Of a stretch of DNA of 64,000 nucleotides, positions 17,124 to 28,024 are shown one piece after another. Below the pieces are notes generated by a model that made no database searches, was not told the DNA's origin, and saw nothing but the letters and a program-made list of their open reading frames with translations. The DNA comes from an uncultured Candidatus Saccharibacteria bacterium (GTDB taxonomy: Bacteria > Patescibacteriota > Doudnabacteria > UBA920), in assembly GCA_964532425.1 (NCBI GenBank), contig CAZHIA010000002.1, positions 13,945-77,944 of the forward strand. Reading direction: 5' to 3'. A program made the translations under genes and the position numbers. Numbering within the stretch: position 1 is the stretch's first letter; the number at the start of each line of letters is the position of its first letter.

Positions 17124-20100
17124 AGACCAAATTCCTGTTTGCTTGGATGTGCGGCACGCTGGTTCTCGCCGAACTCTTAGTGTCTTTCAGGGCCGCTCAA
17201 GATCAGCTCGTTACGTTTATTCCCCATGCGGTACACCGGGCGGTGCCGACCATTTTCCAAGATGCATCAAACTTTGTCTCCTTTTCCGAACGGATGGCTG
17301 GAGAAAAAAACCGGTTGTTGGTACAATTAGGATTTACGATTGAAAATGATCTGCAACATACCGGCCTCATAGCCAAATCTTTCCGTAACGATTCGGTTGA
17401 ACCATACCGCGCCATGGCAAATGCCATTCAAACCGGAATTCGGAAGCAAGCAAAAGACATAGAGTATGCTACCAGGTATGGCACGATTACCCTTAAAATG
17501 TGGAAGAGCTTCTTAGCCTGGGAAAACCAAGCAGTGGTAACTGCGGGCAACTGGGCATCATCAGATCTTAGGACTGACATTACGGCGCCATATCAAACCG
17601 GAGCTGTAGCAATCAGGCAAGGGTTATACGAACAGTCCCGGCAGGTTGGTAGGTTCTGGCAGGGAATAGTAGAAAACGCCGGTTCAATCGACATTGCAGT
17701 CAATGGCTTAGGGGAGCAACCGAATTTACCGCAACGGCTTGTTGCTACTAACGTTTTTCATCTCAAAAAACAAACTGAGGCCACAAATTCAACCCCTCAA
17801 CTTTCCCTTAACGCTCAAAACGGAAAAGTCCTTGCAGCCAAAACTTCGACAAACACGAATACTGGCAAACCAGTAGCACAACCTACATACCAGCCGGGCG
17901 ATACCATGGCTATGGTCAACCAGCGATTGGATGAATACACCCAATTCTTAGCTAGCTTTGGGTATGGGGTGAATGGGAATAATGGGTCGAATGGGGTGAA
18001 TACGACCAATCAGGCATCGGGAAATCAAACCACGGTCATCAACAATGTTCCGCTCGTTACCTATGTCCCGTCCAACCAATCGCAGAACTTCTCTGGTGGC
18101 TCCCTGGCCGGCTTTACCCAGCTTGGGGCAGACGGGTTGACCGTTTCCACCGCCAGAATCAACTCCAGTTTAAATCTTTCAGGCCCGGCCACACTCTCAT
18201 CACTGACGGTGAGTGGTTTGTCCTCTCTTGCTACAACTACGGTCACCGGCACCCTGACTGCAGAACATTTTGTCGGCGACGGAAGCGGCCTAACCGGCTT
18301 ACCCAGTGGTTCGCAATGGACCACCAGCGGAAGCGATATTTATTACAACAGCGGGAATGTCAGTATCGGAACAACTACACCGACTGCAAAATTCCAGGTT
18401 GATGGGACCTCTTATCTTGGATCTAATGCATCACAAGTTGCTAGTTATTTATCCGGTTGGGCCACAGCTGAAGCGTTCGTATACGGTCACACTAGCGGTA
18501 CCGATACCAGCTGGTACGAACGAAACGGTTTATATGTAGTAGAAGAAGATCATTCAGTGGATTCAAACACCCCTTATGTATATGGGGCCACCATTCAAGG
18601 AAACGGATATGGAACCGGTGATTATTCGGAAATTGCAGGTTTAAAAGTGTGGGGAACCGTAAACAACTCCACGACAATGTCCAATCAATATAGCAGTTTA
18701 TACGGGATTCAGACTTTTGGTGGAGCATATGACGATTCATCGGTTCAAAACGCTTATGGAGTTTGGTCAACCGGCGTCTACAACGGCAATTCAAATGTGA
18801 ATAACTTGTACGCCATATATTCCAGAAGGGCCGGCTATAGTCCCGGAGGCAAAGTAAATAACAGTTACGGAGTTTATATACAAAATCCAGTAGGGGGTGC
18901 TACTGGTAATAATTATGGATTGTTTTTGGATAACATGTCGGCCGGCACATCGACAAATTTTTCTATATATTCCGCTGGAGGTACCAGTTATTTTGCCGGC
19001 AGCATAGGAGTCGGCACAACTTCTCCTGTCGCGAGTTTGACAATAAAAGGAAGTGGTGGAACAAATCCGTTTGTGATTGCGTCATCGGCCGGGTCGACTT
19101 TATTAGCAGTTACACAGTCCGGCAACGTTGGTATAAACACTTCAACCCCGGCTTTCAAATTGGATGTTAATGGCATAATAAATGCTACTGCCCTGTACGT
19201 GAATGGCTCGCCTTACATTGGCAGCCAGTGGGCCACGAACGGATCGAGTGTCTACTACAATGGCGGCAATGTTGGCATTGGGACGACAACGCCGCAAGCC
19301 AAGCTCGAAGTTGACGCTACCGTAACCCCGACAGGAAGCGAGCTGGTGAGTAACGGTTCGTTCACCGGTGGAACTGCAGGGTGGACGCTTGGGTCCAATG
19401 TCAGTTATGGCACGAATAATGTCGTGAGCACCTACGCTGGCGGTGACCCATCGTTAAGTACGAATTTTAATACGGAAGCTGGTAAAACTTATTTGCTTAC
19501 CTTTACTGTTTCCAATGCCAACGCGAATTCATATTTGTATTTCTACTTGGACAACAACCGGCTTTCTTATAATTCGGGCCAAGTCTCGAATCAGACGTAT
19601 AGCGTGGCTTTTAAAACCGACTTTACCGGAACCGAAACAATACATTTTGACCAATGGAATTACACGAATGGGGAGACGTGGACTTTAGATAATGTATCCA
19701 TTAAGGAAATAAATCCCACAAAACCCTCTCTGCTCGTTAAAAATTATAATGGTGAGACGGTTCTTTCCGCTGGCGGGGATTTATATGGGAATACCGTATT
19801 CGGATCAGCTGCACTGAGCTCAAACACCACCGGTGGTAATAATCTCGCCTTAGGCAATAGAGCATTATTGTCCAATACGTCCGGCTGGGAAAATATAGCG
19901 TTAGGTGCGAATGCTTTATTCGCAAATACAACAGGAACGCATAACATTGCTGTTGGTCCGGCGCTGGCTAGCAACACGACAGGTGATGACAATTATGCGT
20001 TTGGAATCGGTTCCATGGCTAATAACACGAGCGGCAGCGCTAATATTGCCTTGGGACACATGACGCTTAACAGCAATCAAACAGGAAGTTTTAACATAGC

Positions 20101-23100
20101 TGTCGGAGCGGGTTCTTTATGGGATATGACTGGTGGTACCAATGTAACAGGGATTATAACCGGAACCGCGTGGGGACGGTCAGCTTATCCTTTTCCGTCA
20201 ATTTTCCGCGGAACACAAAAACAACTTGACAGTTCAGTACTTATTGGGCCACGAGCAACAACCGGTGTCAACAGCGATTCCGCATCTATGCTTACAAATG
20301 TTGTGGCGATAAACGGTATGGCCACACAGAGCAACCAGGTCGTCATCGGCAATAGCGCTACTCAGCAAATGATATTGTATGGCAATGTCGGGATTGGGAC
20401 CACTACCCCTTCCGCGACTTTGCATATAGAGGGAGCTCAGCCGCAGATTTTATCCAAAGCCACGGACCCGGCACAATCAGCTTCCTGGTCCCTGACAACT
20501 CCCGGCAACAACGTCTCATTCACGGCATACCAATATGGCAGCAGTTATGTCGGTACGTATTTGGGATTGAACGCTACCGGAGTTTCGGTACTTCGCGCCG
20601 CAGGCGGATCGGCAGGCATGGTCATCAACGAAGAATCCAACGCACCTATTTTGTTCGGCACCAGCAACCACGAACAAATGCGCATCGAGGGCGGCGGCAA
20701 TGTAGGCATTGGTATTACCGTACCCCAGGCCAAACTGCATGTATCCGGAGGCAATGTCCTGTTTGAAACCGGTAATGTCAGCATTGGCACCACCACAACA
20801 CCCAGCAAATTATTAGTCCAAGGAGCAACCGTTGACCCCACCGCTCCAGTCTTGAGCGTACTGAACCATTCAGCTGCAAATGTATTGACTGTGCTCGATA
20901 GTGGTAATATCGGTATTGGCACCACCACTCCTTCCCAGCTTTTGACGGTAGGCAATAATAACCAATTTACTGTGAGTACCACTGGTGCTGTAACCGGGCT
21001 TAGCTTTACGGATGTAAATGGTTCGCAAATGGGCGGCGGTGTATTAAATGTAGCCGGAGGAGGCAACGCGACTTATATTAATTCTTCCGGCATCAGTTTG
21101 CAGACCGGCAGCAGTATGAGGATTTTATGGAACGGCCAAAGCGTGGGATTGTCGAGCGGCGCGTCAGGAAAGCTTTATGTTGGTAACGGGACTATTGGTG
21201 ATTATTCGGGAACTTTAATCGCCGGCAACGTCGGCATCGGGACGACATCACCATCACAATTACTTGCGGTGGGAAATAATAATCAGGTCACGGTAGATTC
21301 GAATGGCTTGATTACAATGACAAAACCGAGCAGCGCTTTACCCGCAACGTATTTATATTTTAAAGTGCCAGGTTCCGCGGATTGGGGCGTATCGTTGGGC
21401 GCTGAAACTATTCCGAATTGGTATTTTGGTAGAGCGTCTACCCGCCAGACATCGGACTATTTTTGGAGAGCTAACTGGAATACCGCAGGCGTTGCGGTGA
21501 ACACATTCCAGAATGCGGATTCGGGTAACGGCTACGGTGGGGCTGCACTGACTACTATGAATATTCAAGGCATAACAAATCAGACGGGGGATTTGTTTGC
21601 AATTAGCACTTCCAGCTCGAGCCCAATGGGTAATTTGTTTAAGGTCCAGCAAAACGGGAATGTCGGGATTGGGACGACGAGTCCTATTGTAAAATTAGAT
21701 GTCTGGGGAAATTTGAATGTTGCAACGTCTTCCACATCGACTTTGTATGTAGATGCGGGCACAGGCAGGGTGGGGATTGGGAAGAATAATCCGAGCTATG
21801 CACTGGATGTAACGGGTCCAATACGTTCGACCAGTAATATTTACGGCGGCTGGGCAATGCTCCAACGCTTAGTCGATTCTGACAATAATTCTTATTACGT
21901 TAACCCCGACGCCAACGGCAGTGGATTTTCCGCAGTTTTAGCCGGCAACGTCGGCATTGGCACCACCACACCTAACCAAACTTTGGAAGTTGTTGGTAGT
22001 TTCGGGATTAGCAATGGGAGTAACAATACCAGGGTTGTCATGACTCCGGTATTCGCCAACACGTTGCAATTCAGTTATGGCGGTACGGGGGCTAACATTG
22101 GCAGCCTTACCAATGGTTCCTACTTATTGTTAGGTCCATCGGGCAGCACTACCACTCCGGTATACGCCTTTACCAATGACGCCAATACCGGCATTGGCAC
22201 TGCAGGGAACAGCAGTGACACCATCAGTTTAATTACCGCTGGCTCCAGCAGGGTATTTATTGATGCTCTTGGGAATGTCGGCATCGGGACGACGACACCA
22301 AAGGCAACACTGCATGTGGAGGGATCGCTAAATATAAACAACGGATCAATTACGCACACGACAAGCACCAATTTGACCACTATTGATTATTTACAGGTCG
22401 GGGCGAGCGGGTTTGAGACAGACGCCGGCATGGTGACATGGACAGATATGCCGGTGACGGCAAGCTCTGCCACTACCACGATTTTAAGCTACACCGCTTC
22501 TATGAACGGCGCGCCAGTGTTAACGGTGTATGCCAACGGCGACGGTGCGGGCGGCATCCAGAATGCGGCGGTCGGCATCGGCACCACTACGCCAACCTTA
22601 GGACCCTTAACGGTCAGTAACGGCGCTTATGTTACTGCCGGCGGAACCTGGACCAACTCTTCTGATAGGAATAAGAAAGAGAACTTTACCGATGTAGACC
22701 CGTTCGAGGTCCTGCAAAAAATCAACTTGCTTAGCATTCAACAGTGGAACTACAAGAACGAAACCGCTTCCACTACGCACATCGGCCCGGTCGCACAGGA
22801 CTTTTACGATAAGTTCCACCTGGGCGGCAGCGACCTTTCGATTTCCACTATCGACCCTGCCGGTGTGGCACTCTTAGGCATGCAGGGCTTTAGCAAAATT
22901 TTTGGATTGCAAGGCAACTTAAACGGCAGTTTATCATCCACCACCCCCATAACTATCACCCGCCAAGTTAACTTTGCTGGCGACACCGTGGGTGAGGCTA
23001 AAATTTTAGCCGGCGCAACCTCAGTCAGAGTGAATTTTGACCAGCCGTACGAGTATCAGCCAATTGTTACCCTAACACCTTTGGACTTCGTTGACGGCGC

Positions 23101-23536
23101 ATACCGCGTGACCGCAGCAGATGCCAGTGGCTTTACCATTGAGCTGCAGAAAATCCAAAGCATAGATGCCTCATTTAACTGGCATGCATTCGGCGGCAAA
23201 GGTACGCAGCTAACCGTATCCAACGGCAGCAAATCGAAAATAATTTTGGTGCCTGCAGGCAAAGGCCAAGTCGGCCAAACCAATCCCGCACTTACTGTAA
23301 CAACCGGAAACGGTTCCCCGCAGCCGACTACTACCACAACCGAAAACGAGAATAAAGGCACGGTAGCCGGCGCAAACACCGGAACTGAAGAACAACCGGC
23401 AACCGGAATTACGGAACCTGCAGCGAAGACTGATGGCACCATCACGACTCCGGAGCCGGCAGGAACCTCAACTCCTGACACCGGCACACAGGAAACTGCC
23501 AGCCCGGAAACCCCGACTGGGACGGCGGGGGAATAG
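17120..23536 (+). CDS. giant membrane-anchored fibre protein: tail-fibre-like G-I-G-T-T-T-P repeats, CBM-like module, Hep_Hag-like repeats, C-terminal Peptidase_S74-like intramolecular chaperone domain, Thr/Pro/Glu-rich tail
   Basis: GGAGGAGG SD; N-terminal TM helix; about 14 copies of GNVGIGTT(T/S)PxAKLxV; [12 protein letters not shown] module; SDRNKKENF...[10 protein letters not shown] near C-terminus. Confidence 0.85.
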   Translation: MKTKFLFAWMCGTLVLAELLVSFRAAQDQLVTFIPHAVHRAVPTIFQDASNFVSFSERMAGEKNRLLVQLGFTIENDLQHTGLIAKSFRNDSVEPYRAMANAIQTGIRKQAKDIEYATRYGTITLKMWKSFLAWENQAVVTAGNWASSDLRTDITAPYQTGAVAIRQGLYEQSRQVGRFWQGIVENAGSIDIAVNGLGEQPNLPQRLVATNVFHLKKQTEATNSTPQLSLNAQNGKVLAAKTSTNTNTGKPVAQPTYQPGDTMAMVNQRLDEYTQFLASFGYGVNGNNGSNGVNTTNQASGNQTTVINNVPLVTYVPSNQSQNFSGGSLAGFTQLGADGLTVSTARINSSLNLSGPATLSSLTVSGLSSLATTTVTGTLTAEHFVGDGSGLTGLPSGSQWTTSGSDIYYNSGNVSIGTTTPTAKFQVDGTSYLGSNASQVASYLSGWATAEAFVYGHTSGTDTSWYERNGLYVVEEDHSVDSNTPYVYGATIQGNGYGTGDYSEIAGLKVWGTVNNSTTMSNQYSSLYGIQTFGGAYDDSSVQNAYGVWSTGVYNGNSNVNNLYAIYSRRAGYSPGGKVNNSYGVYIQNPVGGATGNNYGLFLDNMSAGTSTNFSIYSAGGTSYFAGSIGVGTTSPVASLTIKGSGGTNPFVIASSAGSTLLAVTQSGNVGINTSTPAFKLDVNGIINATALYVNGSPYIGSQWATNGSSVYYNGGNVGIGTTTPQAKLEVDATVTPTGSELVSNGSFTGGTAGWTLGSNVSYGTNNVVSTYAGGDPSLSTNFNTEAGKTYLLTFTVSNANANSYLYFYLDNNRLSYNSGQVSNQTYSVAFKTDFTGTETIHFDQWNYTNGETWTLDNVSIKEINPTKPSLLVKNYNGETVLSAGGDLYGNTVFGSAALSSNTTGGNNLALGNRALLSNTSGWENIALGANALFANTTGTHNIAVGPALASNTTGDDNYAFGIGSMANNTSGSANIALGHMTLNSNQTGSFNIAVGAGSLWDMTGGTNVTGIITGTAWGRSAYPFPSIFRGTQKQLDSSVLIGPRATTGVNSDSASMLTNVVAINGMATQSNQVVIGNSATQQMILYGNVGIGTTTPSATLHIEGAQPQILSKATDPAQSASWSLTTPGNNVSFTAYQYGSSYVGTYLGLNATGVSVLRAAGGSAGMVINEESNAPILFGTSNHEQMRIEGGGNVGIGITVPQAKLHVSGGNVLFETGNVSIGTTTTPSKLLVQGATVDPTAPVLSVLNHSAANVLTVLDSGNIGIGTTTPSQLLTVGNNNQFTVSTTGAVTGLSFTDVNGSQMGGGVLNVAGGGNATYINSSGISLQTGSSMRILWNGQSVGLSSGASGKLYVGNGTIGDYSGTLIAGNVGIGTTSPSQLLAVGNNNQVTVDSNGLITMTKPSSALPATYLYFKVPGSADWGVSLGAETIPNWYFGRASTRQTSDYFWRANWNTAGVAVNTFQNADSGNGYGGAALTTMNIQGITNQTGDLFAISTSSSSPMGNLFKVQQNGNVGIGTTSPIVKLDVWGNLNVATSSTSTLYVDAGTGRVGIGKNNPSYALDVTGPIRSTSNIYGGWAMLQRLVDSDNNSYYVNPDANGSGFSAVLAGNVGIGTTTPNQTLEVVGSFGISNGSNNTRVVMTPVFANTLQFSYGGTGANIGSLTNGSYLLLGPSGSTTTPVYAFTNDANTGIGTAGNSSDTISLITAGSSRVFIDALGNVGIGTTTPKATLHVEGSLNINNGSITHTTSTNLTTIDYLQVGASGFETDAGMVTWTDMPVTASSATTTILSYTASMNGAPVLTVYANGDGAGGIQNAAVGIGTTTPTLGPLTVSNGAYVTAGGTWTNSSDRNKKENFTDVDPFEVLQKINLLSIQQWNYKNETASTTHIGPVAQDFYDKFHLGGSDLSISTIDPAGVALLGMQGFSKIFGLQGNLNGSLSSTTPITITRQVNFAGDTVGEAKILAGATSVRVNFDQPYEYQPIVTLTPLDFVDGAYRVTAADASGFTIELQKIQSIDASFNWHAFGGKGTQLTVSNGSKSKIILVPAGKGQVGQTNPALTVTTGNGSPQPTTTTTENENKGTVAGANTGTEEQPATGITEPAAKTDGTITTPEPAGTSTPDTGTQETASPETPTGTAGE

Positions 23537-23593
23537 GACTGGTAGGATGAATGGGTGAGATGAGTCCAATAGGGTAGATAAGAATAATAAGAT

Positions 23594-23670
23594 CTATAGG
23601 ATTGATAATTAATATAGGATGAATAGGAAGTATAGGATGTATAGGTCCTATCAAACCTATTTATCTTATA
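23594..23670. repeat. TAGGAT-word repeat tract (7-8-bp periodic)
   Basis: tataggattgataattaatataggatgaataggaagtataggatgtataggtcctat; 14-mer ATAGGATGAATAGG repeated at 24315-24328. Confidence 0.6.
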
Positions 23671-23676
23671 AAGCCT

Positions 23677-24309
23677 ATGGGTGGTTATAGGGATTTAAAA
23701 TCTTTCCAAGGAACGGAGATTATTTTTGATTTGACTGTGGAATTTTTATCCCGCTATATAAAAAATAACCGCAAGCTTTGGGAACAGATGGAAGGAGCCG
23801 CACGGAGCGGCAAGCAAAATTTAGCTGAAGGTTCAAAATACATGAACACTTCCCGCGCCTCTGAAATCAGGTTGATTGAGGTTAACCGTGGCAGCTTGGA
23901 AGAACTCTTGCTTGACTACGAAGATTGTCTGCGCAAGAATCATTTACCCATTTGGAGCATGCAGGACCACCGCGTGACCAAAATCAGGAAACTAGCTTAT
24001 GCTCCCAATAAGTCCTATAAAACCTATTTATCCTATTTGGAAAATCTAGAAACAGCTGCCAATTGTTTAATTACCATCATCAATCAAACTAACTATCTCT
24101 TAGACCGGCAAATGAGAAGCCTGAAAACCGATGTAATTGAAAAGGGCGACATGAGGGAAAGACTGTCACAAGAACGCAATGCATTTAAGAAAACTCAACT
24201 AGCCAACCCCGGACCATCGCTCGACGAATTTCTAAAAGGGTTCGGAATGAAACGTTTAGAAAACGGCCAAGTGATAAAAATTGAGGAATATGATTCAAAG
24301 AAACAATAA
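23677..24309 (+). CDS. four-helix-bundle protein (23S rRNA intervening-sequence protein family), extended C-terminus
   Basis: YRDLKSFQ...QNLAEGSKY...RLIEVNRGSLEEL pattern; paralog at 39760. Confidence 0.5.
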   Translation: MGGYRDLKSFQGTEIIFDLTVEFLSRYIKNNRKLWEQMEGAARSGKQNLAEGSKYMNTSRASEIRLIEVNRGSLEELLLDYEDCLRKNHLPIWSMQDHRVTKIRKLAYAPNKSYKTYLSYLENLETAANCLITIINQTNYLLDRQMRSLKTDVIEKGDMRERLSQERNAFKKTQLANPGPSLDEFLKGFGMKRLENGQVIKIEEYDSKKQ

Positions 24310-24319
24310 GACAAATAGG

Positions 24320-26452
24320 ATGAATAGGTCAGATATGACCAATAAGACCTATAGGACGTATAAGACCTTTATTGCTGCAATGATTGCGGCTGTTTTTCTG
24401 CTGCCCGGTTTTTCTGCCCAGGCTGCAATGATAAAAAAACAGCCGAATAATTTGGGACTGAAAGCTTATTGGAATTTTGACGAAGGCAAGGGGATAAAGG
24501 CTGGGGATTTTAGCGGGAATGGCAACAAAGGAACCCTATCCAACACCACCTGGACTAATGGCAAGCACGGCAAGGCTTTAAATTTTAACGGCAGCAACAG
24601 CGCCATGTCAGTTGCCAGCTACACTAACATGAGCCCAGGCGCCAACAACTTTTCTATAGCTTTTTGGATCAAAACTTCGGGCTATGGCGATTTAATTATA
24701 GGTGCGGACGGCAATGCGGGCACCACGCTGCAAGGCTACGGCCTGGCTATTCCTTTCGGCTGGGGCTGTGCCACACCCGGCCAGCTGTATTTTAATTTTT
24801 CTAATGGCGCTGCACGCGAAGTAGGTTTTTGTTCCAGCAGTATCATTAACGATGGTGGCTGGCATCATGTTTCTATAACTGTCACCCGCGGCGATAAAGT
24901 AAAATTTTACATAGACGGCAACTTGGACAACTCCTTAAACACTACCTTAAACGGTTCCGTACTCCTCCACCATTTCAGCATAGGACAAATTGCCTGGCAA
25001 GGCTGGCTGAACGGATTAATGGATGATATCCGCCTTTATAACCGCGCGTTGTCCGCAAGCGAGGCACTCACCTTATATCAAAGCGGCCAGGAAACCATAG
25101 GTGGCAACCAGGCTGGCCGCGGGACAGACGGTTTAGTAGGGTATTGGTCATTGAATGCCAGTGATGTTTCAGGATCGTCAGCAACCGATGCCAGCGGCAA
25201 AGGCAGAACCTTAACACTATTTAACGGTCCTGCAGCAGCCACTGGACGGTTTGGGCAGGCTTTGTCTTTTAACGGCAGTACGCAGTACGCCAGCACGAGC
25301 AATGCTTTTTCCGAAATCGGCGTGAGCAACCAGGCTTACACGGTTTCAGCCTGGGTCAAAATAGCGCAGGGCAAAACCCAGGGCGATATAATTCATACTT
25401 CCAGTTTGTCAAACGGTTCAGGCTGGTGTTTGGCGCCGCTTAAAATCAACGGCTCAAAAATTGAAACCACCAGCTGGAGTTCCGGTGATGTTACAATTTC
25501 CGGTAATACCACTTTAAAAGCCGATGCTTGGTATTTTTTGGCCGCCACCTGGTCTGCTTCCGGCGGACTACGCGCCTATGTTAATGGAAATTTAGATGCC
25601 TCGACAACTCAGAACACTTATACCGCCAGCGGAGTATCTAATTATATATTTTTGGGCGGGCACGGCGGAGGCTGCGCTTCTGACCGCGGCTATTTTACCG
25701 GAACTATAGATGAACCGCGGGTTTATAGTCGCGCTTTATCACAAACCGAATTAACCGCGCTTTATAATCTTGGCAAAAAAACCGAGAACACCTCACCAAC
25801 ATCGCGCTTAAATGACGGACTCATTGGCTACTGGAACTTTAACGGCGCGAATATGACGGACACACTTGCTTTAGACTCATCCGGTAACGGTTATACCGCC
25901 ACTCTTGCCGGTAACACCGCCAAAGCCATCGGCAAAATAGGGCAAGGGTTATATTTTGACGGCAGCGGCGATTACGTGGCAGTACCTTATACGGCGGCTT
26001 TGGCGCCTGCAAGCGCCATCAGTTATGGCGCTTGGTTTAAATCCTCCGATGTTTCCGCCAATACGCGCATTATTTCCAAAACCGAATTTGGCGGGTTTAA
26101 CCTAGGGCTCAACGACACGGTTTCCGGCATATCCGCCACCGTCAATACAACAAACGGGGGTTATCATTATGTAAATTACCCATCGCCGCAAAACAATCGC
26201 TGGTACCACGCGTTTGTCACCTATGACGGCAGCAATGTGAGTCTGTATGTGGATGGGCAGCTAGCCAGCAGCACGCCAGCTACCGGATTAGCCAACTTCA
26301 CCCGCACCAACCCTTTATGCATCGGGTCAGAACCCAATTCAACAGCGTGCACGTACGGCAACTATTTGACGGGCTTAATTGATGAAGTGCGCATTTATAA
26401 CCGCGCTCTGGCACCGGCTGAGGTTAAACAATTATACATAATGGGAAAATAG
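24320..26452 (+). CDS. secreted protein with three tandem LamG-like (concanavalin A-like lectin) domains
   Basis: Signal peptide ...AAVFLLPGFSAQA; three repeats each ending D(D/E)(I/V/P)R(L/I/V)YNRAL(S/A)..E(L/V)..LY; start ambiguous (24290/24320/24335). Confidence 0.7.
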   Translation: MNRSDMTNKTYRTYKTFIAAMIAAVFLLPGFSAQAAMIKKQPNNLGLKAYWNFDEGKGIKAGDFSGNGNKGTLSNTTWTNGKHGKALNFNGSNSAMSVASYTNMSPGANNFSIAFWIKTSGYGDLIIGADGNAGTTLQGYGLAIPFGWGCATPGQLYFNFSNGAAREVGFCSSSIINDGGWHHVSITVTRGDKVKFYIDGNLDNSLNTTLNGSVLLHHFSIGQIAWQGWLNGLMDDIRLYNRALSASEALTLYQSGQETIGGNQAGRGTDGLVGYWSLNASDVSGSSATDASGKGRTLTLFNGPAAATGRFGQALSFNGSTQYASTSNAFSEIGVSNQAYTVSAWVKIAQGKTQGDIIHTSSLSNGSGWCLAPLKINGSKIETTSWSSGDVTISGNTTLKADAWYFLAATWSASGGLRAYVNGNLDASTTQNTYTASGVSNYIFLGGHGGGCASDRGYFTGTIDEPRVYSRALSQTELTALYNLGKKTENTSPTSRLNDGLIGYWNFNGANMTDTLALDSSGNGYTATLAGNTAKAIGKIGQGLYFDGSGDYVAVPYTAALAPASAISYGAWFKSSDVSANTRIISKTEFGGFNLGLNDTVSGISATVNTTNGGYHYVNYPSPQNNRWYHAFVTYDGSNVSLYVDGQLASSTPATGLANFTRTNPLCIGSEPNSTACTYGNYLTGLIDEVRIYNRALAPAEVKQLYIMGK

Positions 26453-26509
26453 AACTACGAAGCTACAAATAGGGGACACTACAAAAAACTACGAAATCCC
26501 AAACAACGA

Positions 26510-26543
26510 AAACACCCCGACAAAAAGTCGGGGTGTTTTTCTT
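26510..26543. terminator. bidirectional intrinsic terminator (LamG operon / rpsA)
   Basis: acaccccgac aaaaa gtcggggtgt + ttttctt. Confidence 0.65.
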
Positions 26544-26547
26544 AGTT

Positions 26548-27774
26548 TTACGCTGCCGCTTCTTCCGTTTTTTCCTCTACAGCCTTTTCTTCCTTCTCAG
26601 CTTTCTTCGGCGGCTCCTGCAAAGCTTTCAAAGACAGCCCTAAGCGGTGTTCAGCCGGCTCGATGGAGATAACCTTGAAATCGCATTCCTGGCCGGGCTT
26701 TAAGACCTCTTCAGGATTCTTAATAGCCTGGTGGGACAGTTCCATAATGTGGGCAAGGCCCTGAATGTCCTTGTCGAGTTCAACGAAGACTCCGAACGGC
26801 ATGATCTTGGTGACTTTACCATTCACCACCTGGCCGATCTGGTACTTCTTCACGGCTTCCAACCAGGGATCCTGCTGCAATTGCTTGATAGACAGGGAAA
26901 CACGGCCCTTGTCGATGGAAATAATCTTAGCTTGCACTTTCTGGCCGACTTTGACGATATCCTTGGGATTCTCGATGCGCTGCCAGGCCAGTTCACTGAT
27001 GTGGACCAAGCCTTCCAAGTCGCCGAATTTGACGAAAGCACCGAAATCAACCACGCCGGTCACCATACCATCAACCACGTCGCCGATCTTGAGCTTGGAG
27101 AGGCGTTCTTCCACTTCCTTCTCGAAGACAGCCTTTTCGGAAACAATCAGTTTTTCTTCAGTAGAATCAGCGGTGATAATCTGGACATCAAACGGCTGGC
27201 CGACATAGCTCTGCAAGACAGAGAGAATCTTGTTCTTGTCGCCATCTTCCACGCGGGGATAGTGCTCGAGGCTCAACTGGGACACGGGCAAGAAACCCAT
27301 GACATTGTTGATCTCGACCATGAGACCGCCTTTGTTGGCTTCCAAAATCTTGGTGCGGACAACTTCCTTGCTGTCCATCTTGGCCTTGAGGGTCTGCCAG
27401 ACGCGTTCCTGGCCAGCTTGGCGCAGGGACAGTTCGACAATACCTTCCTTGTTCTCGGGCTCAACCACAGAAACAAAGATTTGGTCACCGGGCTTGAGGC
27501 TGGCCAGAGTCGCTTCGTCATCATACAGCTCGCGGCCGCGGACCACGCCGACACCGTAGCCTTCCAGGTCAACATAGACCTCGTTCTTGCCCACGGAAAT
27601 GAGCGTTCCCTCGACCATGTCGCCGGGCTTTAAAACCTTGATCTCAACGCCGGATGACAGTAAATCCTGCATGGTTTCGGCTTTGGCCGCTTCTGCCGGG
27701 ATATTCTGCTGGAGCAGTTGGGTAGGGGTTTGGGGGGTAGTTAATTCTTCCATTGAAATTCCTTTACTAACCAT
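26548..27774 (-). CDS. rpsA: 30S ribosomal protein S1
   Basis: Multiple S1 RNA-binding repeats (GxxVxGxVxxI..fGaFV). Confidence 0.9.
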   Translation of the reverse strand: MVSKGISMEELTTPQTPTQLLQQNIPAEAAKAETMQDLLSSGVEIKVLKPGDMVEGTLISVGKNEVYVDLEGYGVGVVRGRELYDDEATLASLKPGDQIFVSVVEPENKEGIVELSLRQAGQERVWQTLKAKMDSKEVVRTKILEANKGGLMVEINNVMGFLPVSQLSLEHYPRVEDGDKNKILSVLQSYVGQPFDVQIITADSTEEKLIVSEKAVFEKEVEERLSKLKIGDVVDGMVTGVVDFGAFVKFGDLEGLVHISELAWQRIENPKDIVKVGQKVQAKIISIDKGRVSLSIKQLQQDPWLEAVKKYQIGQVVNGKVTKIMPFGVFVELDKDIQGLAHIMELSHQAIKNPEEVLKPGQECDFKVISIEPAEHRLGLSLKALQEPPKKAEKEEKAVEEKTEEAAA

Positions 27775-27968
27775 TAAAGAATCGAGTATAAAAAAACAAC
27801 GATCCTAAATCGCTGTACAACCAGTACTGAGTAGGATATGCGATGATAATGGTTAATTGTTAACAGCGCCTATTACTTGGACCTGCCTGGGATTAATATT
27901 ATTTACTTAAGGCGCTTTACGCCAGACAAGTGGTGCCATTATAGCATTTTCCTTGAATTCTGTCACTG

Positions 27969-27999
27969 TTGACAAAAGTTCTTAAATATTCCATATTAT
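27969..27999 (+). promoter_or_regulatory. promoter-like TTGACA-19-TATTAT upstream of 28025
   Basis: -35 27969-27974; AAGGAGG SD at 28012-28018. Confidence 0.35.
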
Positions 28000-28024
28000 A
28001 CTGATAGATATAAGGAGGCATGTT

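Noticed and set aside
26731-27633. 300-aa plus-strand ORF antisense to rpsA, and similar antisense ORFs within gyrA (30884-31993) and the giant gene
   Set aside because: Antisense to well-supported genes, with no SD and no motifs.
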